Assembly: GCA_021199495.1 (NCBI GenBank)
Contig: JAJQHY010000087.1
Location: 13,628 to 77,627 of the forward strand
Origin: Lachnospiraceae bacterium
Lineage (GTDB): Bacteria; Bacillota; Clostridia; Lachnospirales; Lachnospiraceae
Direction of reading: 5' to 3'
Length of the DNA stretch: 64,000 nt
A model generated the notes under the pieces. The model was not told the origin of the DNA. It did not search any database and saw nothing but the letters and a program-made list of their open reading frames with translations. Within the stretch, counting starts at the first letter, position 1; each line of letters starts with the position of its first letter. A program made the translations under genes and the position numbers. This document shows positions 41,086-49,805 of this stretch, in pieces.

Positions 41086-41115
41086 TGTGGATAACTTTGT
41101 GGATAGTGTGGAAAA
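41086..41115 (+). promoter_or_regulatory. Cluster of three tandem DnaA-box-like motifs
   Basis: TGTGGATAA (41086, a perfect complement of TTATCCACA), TGTGGATAG (41098) and TGTGGAAAA (41107). All share one orientation within 30 bp of a 460-bp intergenic region. Confidence 0.4.
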
Positions 41116-41239
41116 ATTCATTTGTGTCTCCAAAGTCTGACACCGAAACTGACGCGGAAAAAGTGAATAAAACAGGCGTTTTTTTGTCCGACAGCTCTGT
41201 CATTCAGAAAAAATTAAGAGATTTTAAGGGAATTCCTCG

Positions 41240-41268
41240 TTGACCTGAATGCACAAGGGCATTATAGT
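41240..41268 (+). promoter_or_regulatory. Sigma-A-type promoter candidate
   Basis: TTGACC, a 17-nt spacer, then TATAGT, about 45 nt upstream of the 41311 start. Confidence 0.4.
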
Positions 41269-41310
41269 AGGGACAGGCAAAAAGTTTGAATTTTCTGTAA
41301 AAGAGGCAAT

Positions 41311-42264
41311 ATGGGAAAAATATTAAAAATTTTTCTGGCAGTCGTGATCTGCATACTTGGGGTTTCGTTGGCCAGGGAAGTGGTGACAGATTCCGATACA
41401 CAGATTCCGGTCATCAGTGATCTGCTTTGGTCCATTCATCTGAATACGGAGGAAAAGGAAGTCAGTATTGATGCGGAGCCGTTTTATGAGATCGAGGATA
41501 CGCCGCTCTTTCGCGAGGATGAGGCAGTCCTGGAGAATCAGGTCGTCAGCCTTTCCTATGAAGGGGACAGCTTTACTTCGGTCAGCCTGCAGATTTCGCA
41601 GGTGAACCTGGCAGTCGGAATGGCGTCTGAGAACACCCTATATGCGGAAACGGAGGAGGTTTCGAGATATCAGGCGTATGTGGAGGAGGAGACCCTCTAT
41701 ATTGTAATAGAAGGAACGCTCTCCGCGCAGAACGCTGTACAGGGGGAAAGCGTGCTTCCGCAGGTGACCATTCTTCTGCCGTCGGGTTTTGCACTGACGG
41801 AGGGAGAGATGGAGCTGGAGGTTCTGGCGGGAAACGCGGTGCTTCAGAATCTGACGTTAAGTGCGCTGGAGATAACGCTGAATGCCGGAGCCATAAGTAT
41901 AGATGGTTTGAGCACAGGACAGTTTGCAGTCACGATGCTGGCTGGAAGCGTTACGGGACAGAATCTGACGGTTGCAGAATCCGCTTTATTCACAATGTCC
42001 GCCGGCAGCATGTCGCTTACCGGGGATCTGTCCACCGAAGTGGCTGCTGAGGTGACGGCTGGAAATCTGTCGCTTTCCCTGGAGCAGCCGTATGAAAGCT
42101 ATGATTGTGAGGTTACCTGTGCCGCTGGCAGTGTGACTGTGGCGGGAGAAGCCTACAGCGGGCTGACAGCCTCAGAGACGATACGGCATGGAGGTGCGAA
42201 CACGCTGACGGTCAACTGCTCTGTCGGTGTGGTGGATGTGGAGTTTGCAGGGGAGGAATTATAG
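41311..42264 (+). CDS. Membrane-anchored protein with repetitive beta-rich C-terminal region (DUF4097-like)
   Basis: N-terminal TM helix. Repeated AGxVTGQNL/AGSMSL/AGNLSL units resemble DUF4097 putative adhesin-type repeats. Confidence 0.5.
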   Translation: MGKILKIFLAVVICILGVSLAREVVTDSDTQIPVISDLLWSIHLNTEEKEVSIDAEPFYEIEDTPLFREDEAVLENQVVSLSYEGDSFTSVSLQISQVNLAVGMASENTLYAETEEVSRYQAYVEEETLYIVIEGTLSAQNAVQGESVLPQVTILLPSGFALTEGEMELEVLAGNAVLQNLTLSALEITLNAGAISIDGLSTGQFAVTMLAGSVTGQNLTVAESALFTMSAGSMSLTGDLSTEVAAEVTAGNLSLSLEQPYESYDCEVTCAAGSVTVAGEAYSGLTASETIRHGGANTLTVNCSVGVVDVEFAGEEL

Positions 42265-42351
42265 GGATCGTTGACAGGTTGAGAGCCAGCATTCTATGTG
42301 TGTTATCTGCGGATACAGAAGCCATGCAGTATATTTTCAATCATGATAATC

Positions 42352-42388
42352 AAAAAAGGCGGATCAGTACTGACTGACCCGCCTTTTT
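42352..42388. terminator. Bidirectional terminator
   Basis: AAAAAGGCGG ... CCGCCTTTTT between convergent genes. Confidence 0.75.
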
Positions 42389-42410
42389 GGGGAGGTGAAA
42401 TCCTGATAAC

Positions 42411-42995
42411 TTATTTAATCTGAAAGAAAAATCCTGCTTTTTTTAATACCGGTCGCAGGGCACTGTATACTACAACGACCACTACGGTGCCGACCACGGC
42501 GTTGATGGCAGTGGCTCCGGCCGACCAGGTGGCGAAGATCTTGGCCACGTCGCTGGGAACGCCCAGCACATAATTTTTGTAGAAATATCCGACGATGGGG
42601 TCAGCGATCACGTTAAAGCCAAGAGAGGCGATGCTGGCGATCAGGCTCCATTTTACAACGTATTTTTTCGGATGATCCTCTGTGATGTGGGCGATTTTGT
42701 GTGCGACAAAGCCGGCAATCAGGCCGATGCAGAACTTCAGAATAAAGGTTTTGGGCGCACTGGTGACGTAAGTGGGATCCATCAGATCGGCGATGGTCAT
42801 ACCGATGGAACCGGCCAGTCCTCCGTACACGCCGCCCAGTAAAAGGGCCGCCAGCACGCAGAAGGCGTTGCCGATATGCAGAGCGGTGGTGCCGCCGGGT
42901 ACCGGGATGGGAATTTTGATGTAGGTAAATGCCACGTAGCAGAGGGCTGCCATCAGACCGGTGATGACGACTTTGGTAATTGCGTTGTCTTTCAT
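42411..42995 (-). CDS. ECF-transporter substrate-specific (S) component-like membrane protein
   Basis: 194 aa, about 6 TM. The N-terminus KVVITGLMAALCYVAFTYIKIPIP...LHIGNAF is typical of S components. Substrate not assignable. Confidence 0.65.
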   Translation of the reverse strand: MKDNAITKVVITGLMAALCYVAFTYIKIPIPVPGGTTALHIGNAFCVLAALLLGGVYGGLAGSIGMTIADLMDPTYVTSAPKTFILKFCIGLIAGFVAHKIAHITEDHPKKYVVKWSLIASIASLGFNVIADPIVGYFYKNYVLGVPSDVAKIFATWSAGATAINAVVGTVVVVVVYSALRPVLKKAGFFFQIK

Positions 42996-43412
42996 AATAG
43001 TTGATCTCCTCCTTTATTTCAGAAGTCCACATCCGCAGCTTTTGTTGTTATAGTTTGCCGCGCTCATTTCCTGGATGGCTTCTTCTGTGTTTCTGTTTTT
43101 TTCAGTATACCGGAAACCGGCATTTTAAAAAGAACCAAAAATAATATTTTGAAGCAGACCAGTTGCAAACCGGCAGGCAGCATGCTCCATACCAGTTGAT
43201 CTGTCGCTGATTTGAATATTGTTGGGAAGCAGCCGGATTGTGCGTATTATATTTTGCGGCCGTCGCTCTGTTTTTGGCGGTGAAGAGGTTATTTTTCCCT
43301 CCGAAGGTAAATACTAAAGTGAAATATTTCTGCCTGTGCGGCTGGTTTTTCCTGATGAACGCAGGCAGAAAAATTGACAGGTGCGCGGCTGATACGCCGC
43401 GGGGAGGAAAGC

Positions 43413-44024
43413 ATGGACAAGCAGATTTATATACAGTTAAGGCAGCACAGCGCGGTGCGGGAGGGCAGAGTGGCCCTAAAGGATCTGGGGGAGGTCTTTT
43501 CGGATAAGCCCGAGTGGGCCGCTAAAGCGAAAGCGATGACGGTATGCAGCCTGCAAAAGCCGGGTGACAGAGCGGTTTTAAGCAGTCTTTATCTGATTGA
43601 AAAAATCAAAAATCAGCTGCCGGACTGTGAGGTGGTCAATCTCGGGGAGACGGACGTGATTGTGGAATGGGAAATGCAACGGCGGTCCAATGTATGTAAG
43701 CTCCTCTTTGTCTGCCTGATTGTCTTCTTCGGCACGGCCTTCACCATCATGGCGTTTCACAATGATGTGGACATCCGGGGCGTGTTTGAGCAGATTTATC
43801 TTCTCAGTGGGGAAGCATCGCCGGATGGAGCGGGCCTTCTGGAAATTTCATATTGTATCGGCCTTTTCGTGGGGATCACTGTCTTTTTCAATCATCTGGG
43901 CAGGAGAAAGCTAAAAAGCGATCCGACACCGGTGCAGGTGTCGATGTATACCTATGAGCAGAATGTGAATCAGTCCATCTTAAACGCGGCGGACAGAGAG
44001 GGGGAGGCACACAGTGCTCAGTAA
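43413..44024 (+). CDS. spoVAA: Stage V sporulation protein AA
   Basis: Start trimmed to MDKQIYIQL after GGGGAGG. Soluble N-domain plus C-terminal TM segments, followed by spoVAB. Confidence 0.75.
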   Translation: MDKQIYIQLRQHSAVREGRVALKDLGEVFSDKPEWAAKAKAMTVCSLQKPGDRAVLSSLYLIEKIKNQLPDCEVVNLGETDVIVEWEMQRRSNVCKLLFVCLIVFFGTAFTIMAFHNDVDIRGVFEQIYLLSGEASPDGAGLLEISYCIGLFVGITVFFNHLGRRKLKSDPTPVQVSMYTYEQNVNQSILNAADREGEAHSAQ

Positions 44025-44439
44025 GGTTCTGATTATACTGGTGGGCGTCAGTGCGGGAGCGCTCACCAGCTGCGGCGTAACCGGCGTGCTGATGGCAGTG
44101 GGACTGACGCCGCGCTTTATCGGCCGCGTGCACGAGGCCAGACATATTTACCTCTTTGAATCCATGATCATCTGGGGCAGCGCGGCGGGCGGCGTTCTTG
44201 GCGTTCATTACGATGCGCTTGCCGGTATTCTTGGAACACTGCCCGGCAGGATTCTGCAGGTTTTTTATGGTTTTTTTGCCGGCATATTCGTGGGGAGTCT
44301 TGCCATTGCCATCGCGGAAATGCTGGATGTTTTCCCTGTCTTTACCCGCCGCATGCGCCTGGAGAGGGGACTGCCGTATGTGCTGCTGGCCGCCGCATTG
44401 GGCAAGAGCGTCGGGGCGTTTCTGTACTTTTATTTATAG
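44014..44439 (+). CDS. spoVAB: Stage V sporulation protein AB
   Basis: 141-aa polytopic membrane protein that overlaps the spoVAA end, matching the spoVAA-AB arrangement. Confidence 0.75.
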   Translation: MLSKVLIILVGVSAGALTSCGVTGVLMAVGLTPRFIGRVHEARHIYLFESMIIWGSAAGGVLGVHYDALAGILGTLPGRILQVFYGFFAGIFVGSLAIAIAEMLDVFPVFTRRMRLERGLPYVLLAAALGKSVGAFLYFYL

Positions 44440-44500
44440 AACTGTTCGCATCAGCAGGACATGTCTCTTGGCTGGATCATAAAACTTTCGCAAACGTGAG

Positions 44501-44570
44501 CAGGGACAGGAGAATACTGTCGAGCGAATTCCGCGATGAGCATGAGCGAAACAGATTTCTCCTGTCCCTG
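44501..44570. repeat. Structured intergenic palindromic element (C)
   Basis: Perfect 14-bp inverted repeat CAGGGACAGGAGAA / TTCTCCTGTCCCTG around a 42-nt loop. The loop contains the reverse complements of two element-B motifs. Confidence 0.6.
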
Positions 44571-44714
44571 CGGGCCTTTGCTGTGCGGGCTCTGAGCACG
44601 AATTTCATTACAGTTGCAATTTAGAAAGAAAATTGCTATAATATCGAAATGAATGTGCAAAAATACCTGCCAACAATATGCCGGTTTAAACAGTGACGCC
44701 GGAGAGGACCTTCT

Positions 44715-45692
44715 ATGAAACGGATTTTGGAGGACATCAGAACACAGAGCTTTTCACAGATTTATGTGCTCTATGGCAAGGAAGACTATCTGCGAAAACA
44801 ATACAGAGACAGACTCCTCACTGCCCTGCTTGACGGCGGTGATTCCATGAATTATACCTGCGTGCAGGGAAAGGATTACAATCTGCCGGCTTTGATTGAC
44901 ATGGCGGAGACACTGCCGTTTTTGACAGAACGCCGGGTGATTTTGCTGGAGAATACAGGGCTTTTAAAGGGCGGCGGCGATCTGCTCGCAGATTATCTGG
45001 CGGCGCCCTGTGAGACTACTGTCTGGGTGCTGACTGACAGTGAGTGCGACAAACGCAGCAGACTTTACAAGGCGGCGGATAAATATAAACGGTGCGTGGA
45101 GTTTTCCGCGCAGGATGCGGCCACGCTTCAGAAATGGGTGCTGGGTCTGATCAAAAAGGAAAACAAAAAGATTTCCGCCCGGGCACTCGACCTCTTTCTG
45201 GAGAGTGTCGGGGACGATATGTCTGCGATCCGGCTGGAGCTGGAGAAGCTGTTCAGCTACACCTTAGAGCGGGACGCGATCACCGAGGAGGACGTGGAAG
45301 CGGTTTGCCCGCCCCGGATTACAGGACGGATTTTCGATATGGTGGACGCCATCGGAGCAAAGAACCGTAAGAAGGCGCTCTCCCTCTATCAGGATCTGCA
45401 GCTTTTAAGGGAGCCGCCCGCCAGAATTCTGTACTTAATCGGAAGACAGATGAACTTGCTTTTACAGACAAAGGAGTTAAAGGAGCAGGGGATGGATTCA
45501 AAAGCGATGGCTGTGAAGCTTAACGTGCCTCCGTTTGCGGCGCAGAAATATATCCGCCAGGCGCAGGGCTTAAGCAAGACGCAGCTGAAAACAGCGCTTC
45601 GCGGCTGCATTGAGGCGGATGAATCGATCAAAACAGGCCGGATGACAGACAAATTCAGCGTGGAGCTGCTGATTATGGATCTGACGGCATAG
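44715..45692 (+). CDS. holA: DNA polymerase III delta subunit
   Basis: 325 aa. N-terminal YVLYGKEDYL and overall delta-subunit pattern. Confidence 0.8.
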   Translation: MKRILEDIRTQSFSQIYVLYGKEDYLRKQYRDRLLTALLDGGDSMNYTCVQGKDYNLPALIDMAETLPFLTERRVILLENTGLLKGGGDLLADYLAAPCETTVWVLTDSECDKRSRLYKAADKYKRCVEFSAQDAATLQKWVLGLIKKENKKISARALDLFLESVGDDMSAIRLELEKLFSYTLERDAITEEDVEAVCPPRITGRIFDMVDAIGAKNRKKALSLYQDLQLLREPPARILYLIGRQMNLLLQTKELKEQGMDSKAMAVKLNVPPFAAQKYIRQAQGLSKTQLKTALRGCIEADESIKTGRMTDKFSVELLIMDLTA

Positions 45693-45849
45693 AATTTTCA
45701 CAAACTTATGGTATGATGATATAAGGGACCCAAGATCAGAAATCGAATGCTTGCGCAAGGTACGCTCTACGGGTGCGCATTCGCATTTATGACCCTGGGA
45801 CCGCAACAACATAAGTCGTAATATCATTACAGACAAAAGGGAATCTATT

Positions 45850-46404
45850 ATGCGAATCGGTATGGGTTATGATGTGCACCGCCTTGTCGAGGGCAGGGAT
45901 CTGATCCTTGGCGGGGTGACAATTCCATATGAAAAGGGCCTTCTGGGGCACTCGGACGCGGACGTTTTGCTGCACGCGATTATGGACGCGCTTTTGGGGG
46001 CGGCGGCGCTGGGCGATATCGGCCTGCATTTTCCGGACACAGATCCGGCTTATGAGGGCGCTTCCTCGCTGGAACTGCTGAAAAAAGTGGGAGACCTGCT
46101 TTCTGAAAAGTTGTTTTTCGTGGAAAATATTGACGCCACCATCATTGCCCAGGCACCGAAAATGCGGCCTTATATTGATACCATGCGGGCTAATATTGCA
46201 AAAGCGCTGCTTCTGGAGATTGACCAGGTGAATGTGAAAGCCACGACTGAGGAGGGCTTAGGCTTCACCGGAACAGGAGAGGGGATCTCCGCGCAGGCGG
46301 TCTGTATGCTTTCGAGTCCGATGGAGATGGCCACGATGAATATGACGGACATGGGCCGATGTCAGGGCTGCAGCGGCTGCCCGGGCACTGTCACACAGCA
46401 GTGA
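45850..46404 (+). CDS. ispF: 2-C-methyl-D-erythritol 2,4-cyclodiphosphate synthase with short Met/Cys-rich C-terminal tail
   Basis: [12 protein letters not shown]...[19 protein letters not shown] is canonical IspF. An extra tail of about 27 aa contains CQGCSGC. Confidence 0.9.
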   Translation: MRIGMGYDVHRLVEGRDLILGGVTIPYEKGLLGHSDADVLLHAIMDALLGAAALGDIGLHFPDTDPAYEGASSLELLKKVGDLLSEKLFFVENIDATIIAQAPKMRPYIDTMRANIAKALLLEIDQVNVKATTEEGLGFTGTGEGISAQAVCMLSSPMEMATMNMTDMGRCQGCSGCPGTVTQQ

Positions 46405-46511
46405 AATTGAAAATGAAATGAGGGAGTATTTCAGTCCGCTGCAAAAGACTGCGGATTGGAACTGAGAGATTGAAACCACTGCCTTCAGGCGGTGGTATGG
46501 AGATTGAGACT

Positions 46512-47921
46512 ATGAAAATATACAACACACTGACCAGAAAAAAAGAAGAATTCGTCCCTCTTGAGGAGGGCAAAGTAAAAATGTACGTCTGCGGCCCAAC
46601 CGTGTATAATCTGATTCATATCGGCAACGCGCGGCCCATGATTGTCTTTGACACCTTCCGCAGATACATGGAATATAAGGGCTATGAGGTCAATTACGTC
46701 TCCAATTTTACCGATGTGGATGACAAGATTATCAGAAAGGCCAACGAGGAGGGCGTGGACCCCTCTGTCATCAGCGAGCGCTATATCGCCGAGTGCAAAA
46801 AAGACATGGCGGCGATGAATATCAAACCTGCTACCACGCATCCGAAAGCGACCGAGGAAATCGACGGGATGCTGGACATGATCGAAACCTTGATTGAGAA
46901 GGGGAATGCCTATGTTGCCGGAGACGGCACTGTATATTTCCGTACCAGATCCTTTTCAGATTACGGTAAGCTTTCCCACAAAAACCTGGATGACCTGCAG
47001 GGCGGGATGCGTTCCCTCCTGGTTTCCGGTGAGGAGCAGAAGGAGGATCCGCTGGATTTCGTGCTCTGGAAGCCCAAAAAGGAAGGCGAGCCCTACTGGG
47101 AGTCTCCCTGGTGTGAGGGGCGTCCCGGCTGGCACATTGAGTGCTCCGTGATGAGCAAGCGTTATCTTGGGGAGCAGATCGATATTCACGCGGGCGGTGA
47201 GGACCTGATTTTCCCGCACCACGAAAATGAGATCGCCCAGTCCGAGGCATGCAACGGCAAAGAGTTCGCTCACTACTGGATGCACAACGGCTTTTTAAAT
47301 ATTGACAATAAGAAAATGAGCAAATCCGAGGGCAATTTCTTCACGGTGCGTGAAGTCGGGGAGCAGTATGATTTGCAGGTTCTGCGCTTTTTCATGCTCT
47401 CCGCACACTACAGGAGCCCGCTGAATTTCTCGAAGGAGCTGATGGAAGCGGCCAAAAACGGCCTGGACCGCATCTGCACCTGCGCGCAGAATCTGAAGTA
47501 TCTGTCTGAACAGAATAAGCAGAAGGAGCTGACCGAAGAGGAAAAAGAAAACCTGAAAAAATCGCAGGTTTATGTCCGTAAATTTGAGGATTCCATGGAC
47601 GATGACTGCAATACCGCAGACGCATTGTCCGCCATCTTTGAACTGGTTAAATTCGCCAACAGCACTGTCAGTGAGAGCGTGTCCACCGCCTACGCGAAAG
47701 GACTGCTTGATACCCTGCAGACTCTGACCGATGTCTGCGGCCTGATTATCTTAAAAGAGGAAGAGCTGCTGGATGAGGACATTGAGGCAAAAATTGCTGA
47801 GCGCCAGGCGGCCCGCAAAGCGAAGGACTTCGCAAAAGCGGACGCAATCCGCAAAGAGCTCGCCGATCAGGGCATCATTCTGGAGGACACCAGAGAGGGC
47901 GTAAAATGGAGAAGAGCATAG
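46512..47921 (+). CDS. cysS: Cysteine--tRNA ligase
   Basis: Start trimmed to MKIYNTLTRKKEEF. HIGN and KMSKS motifs are present. Confidence 0.9.
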   Translation: MKIYNTLTRKKEEFVPLEEGKVKMYVCGPTVYNLIHIGNARPMIVFDTFRRYMEYKGYEVNYVSNFTDVDDKIIRKANEEGVDPSVISERYIAECKKDMAAMNIKPATTHPKATEEIDGMLDMIETLIEKGNAYVAGDGTVYFRTRSFSDYGKLSHKNLDDLQGGMRSLLVSGEEQKEDPLDFVLWKPKKEGEPYWESPWCEGRPGWHIECSVMSKRYLGEQIDIHAGGEDLIFPHHENEIAQSEACNGKEFAHYWMHNGFLNIDNKKMSKSEGNFFTVREVGEQYDLQVLRFFMLSAHYRSPLNFSKELMEAAKNGLDRICTCAQNLKYLSEQNKQKELTEEEKENLKKSQVYVRKFEDSMDDDCNTADALSAIFELVKFANSTVSESVSTAYAKGLLDTLQTLTDVCGLIILKEEELLDEDIEAKIAERQAARKAKDFAKADAIRKELADQGIILEDTREGVKWRRA

Positions 47922-48421
47922 AGCCCATGACGAGCACAGAAGCAGAGGAGAGGAGCCTGGAGACTTTGGTAAGTGCGGACGCAGCAAAGAAGAGCCTGGA
48001 TTTTGAGACCATAGCTGCCGCCTTTGATATGCCCTGTCCGGACGCCAACGGTTATTCGTCTCTTGCACTGGCTTACATAGGGGACTGCGTCTATGATCTT
48101 GTGATCCGCTCCCTGGTTGTGGGGAAAAATCACACCAGTGTCAACGACCTTCACCATAAGACCATTCATTATGTGAAGGCCGAGAGTCAGGCACATGTGG
48201 CGGACGCCCTGAAGGAGTATCTGAAGCCTGAGGAGGCGGATATCTACCGCCGTGCGCGCAATGCCAAATCCAACACGAAGGCCAAAAACGCTTCCATTGT
48301 AGCCTACCGCAAGGCAACCGGCCTGGAAGCTTTGATCGGCTGGTTATATATACAGAACCAAAATGACAGAATTCTGGAACTGATCACCCTGGGTCTTTTA
48401 AGAACGGAAACGGAGATTTAG
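47906..48421 (+). CDS. mrnC: Mini-ribonuclease III
   Basis: LALAYIGDCVYDLVIR is the RNase III-like signature, and the position after cysS matches Bacillus. Start is uncertain (47906, 47927 or 48029). Confidence 0.8.
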   Translation: MEKSIEPMTSTEAEERSLETLVSADAAKKSLDFETIAAAFDMPCPDANGYSSLALAYIGDCVYDLVIRSLVVGKNHTSVNDLHHKTIHYVKAESQAHVADALKEYLKPEEADIYRRARNAKSNTKAKNASIVAYRKATGLEALIGWLYIQNQNDRILELITLGLLRTETEI

Positions 48422-48424
48422 CAG

Positions 48425-49171
48425 ATGGGATATCAGGAATTTACCATAGAGGGCAGAAACCCTGTGACGGAAGCGCTCCGCAGCGGAAAGCCCATAGACA
48501 GACTCTACATCCTGGACGGTTGTCAGGACGGCCCCGTTTCCACTATTAAACGCGAGGCCAGAAAGCATGACGTCCAGATCAAATATGTGACGAAGGAACG
48601 CCTGGACCAGCTGTCTGAAACCGGCAGGCACCAGGGTGTCATTGCGATTGCCGCGGCTTACGAATATGCACAGCTGGAGGATATTTTCGCGTTGGCTGAG
48701 AAAAGGAGGGAAGATCCTTTTGTGATCCTGCTGGATAATATTGAGGACCCTCATAATCTGGGCGCGATTTTACGTACCGCGAACCTGGCCGGAGCCCATG
48801 GCGTGATTATTCCCAGAAACAGGGCGGTAGGTCTGACCGCGGCGGTGGCACGCACTTCCGCGGGCGCCATCAATTATACACCGGTTGTGAAGGTAACCAA
48901 CCTCACACAGACAATGGAGGAGCTGAAAAAGAGGGGGCTGTGGTTTGTCTGCGCGGACATGGATGGTACAGTCATGTATGATTGTAACCTGACCGGCCCC
49001 ATTGGTCTGGTCATCGGAAACGAGGGGGAGGGCGTGGGACGCCTGGTAAAAGAGCACTGCGACATGACGGCGTCCATCCCCATGAAGGGGGATATCGATT
49101 CATTGAATGCCTCCGTGGCCGCCGGCGTTCTTTCCTATGAGATTGTGCGCCAGAGACTTCAGGGAAAATAA
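48425..49171 (+). CDS. rlmB: 23S rRNA 2'-O-ribose G2251 methyltransferase (TrmH/SpoU family)
   Basis: SpoU_sub_bind N-domain plus NLGAILRTA, LVIGNEGEG and SLNASVAAG motifs. Confidence 0.85.
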   Translation: MGYQEFTIEGRNPVTEALRSGKPIDRLYILDGCQDGPVSTIKREARKHDVQIKYVTKERLDQLSETGRHQGVIAIAAAYEYAQLEDIFALAEKRREDPFVILLDNIEDPHNLGAILRTANLAGAHGVIIPRNRAVGLTAAVARTSAGAINYTPVVKVTNLTQTMEELKKRGLWFVCADMDGTVMYDCNLTGPIGLVIGNEGEGVGRLVKEHCDMTASIPMKGDIDSLNASVAAGVLSYEIVRQRLQGK

Positions 49172-49172
49172 T

Positions 49173-49805
49173 ATGTGGGAAAACTACCAGACACTGTCGG
49201 ATGAAGCCCTGATCGAGCAGTACAGGGCGGGTGACGAACAGGTAGCTGACTATCTGATGAACAAATATAAAAATATGGTGAGAAGCCAGGCCAGAAATCT
49301 GTACATGCCCGGAGCGGATACGGAAGACCTGCTGCAGGAAGGCATGATCGGACTGTTTAAGGCAGTCCGGGATTATAAGCCGGGAGAGGGAACCGCATTT
49401 TTTACCTTCGCTTATTTATGTGTTTCCCGTCAGATGCTGACCGCCGTGCGGGCGTCCGGCAGGGAGAAGCATGAACCGCTGAATCATTATATTTCACTGG
49501 CTTCGCCGCAGGAGACAGCGGCATATTCGGACGGAAGCGATCCGGTGAAGGAGAGAGAAGCCAGAGAAAATCCCGAACAGCTTCTGCTGGAGCGGGAGAG
49601 CATGGAACAGCTCGAAAAAGTGCTGAATGAACAGCTGAGCAGCCTGGAAAGGAAGGTGCTGGATCTTTACATGTCCGGCATGTCCTTTAAGGAGATTGCC
49701 GATACGCTGGGGAGGGGAGAGAAATCTGTTGACAACGCGCTTCGGCGTGTACGCACCAAGCTGCGTGCCGTCTTACAGCGTCCCCATGGAAAGGAAACCG
49801 TATGA
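49173..49805 (+). CDS. sigH: Sporulation/transition-state sigma factor H
   Basis: Start trimmed to MWENYQTLSDE. The LQEGMIGLFKAVRDY motif and synteny after rlmB support the call. Confidence 0.85.
   Translation: MWENYQTLSDEALIEQYRAGDEQVADYLMNKYKNMVRSQARNLYMPGADTEDLLQEGMIGLFKAVRDYKPGEGTAFFTFAYLCVSRQMLTAVRASGREKHEPLNHYISLASPQETAAYSDGSDPVKEREARENPEQLLLERESMEQLEKVLNEQLSSLERKVLDLYMSGMSFKEIADTLGRGEKSVDNALRRVRTKLRAVLQRPHGKETV

Noticed and set aside
42996-43230. Possible riboswitch in the long leader of the ECF S-component gene (minus strand)
   Set aside because: I read the reverse complement for TPP, FMN, preQ1, THF and cobalamin core motifs and recognised none. An Infernal/Rfam scan would be needed to decide.
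43238-43507. 89-aa ORF upstream of and overlapping spoVAA
   Set aside because: It overlaps the better-supported spoVAA start (RBS plus family-like N-terminus), and its Gly/Arg-rich tail looks non-coding.
46405-46511. Possible T-box or attenuator leader upstream of cysS
   Set aside because: Two hairpins are present (around 46435-46460 and ACCACTGCC-TTCA-GGCGGTGGT at 46474-46495). I could not find the conserved T-box sequence, a specifier-loop context or a U-tailed terminator. At 107 nt the region is too short for a T-box.
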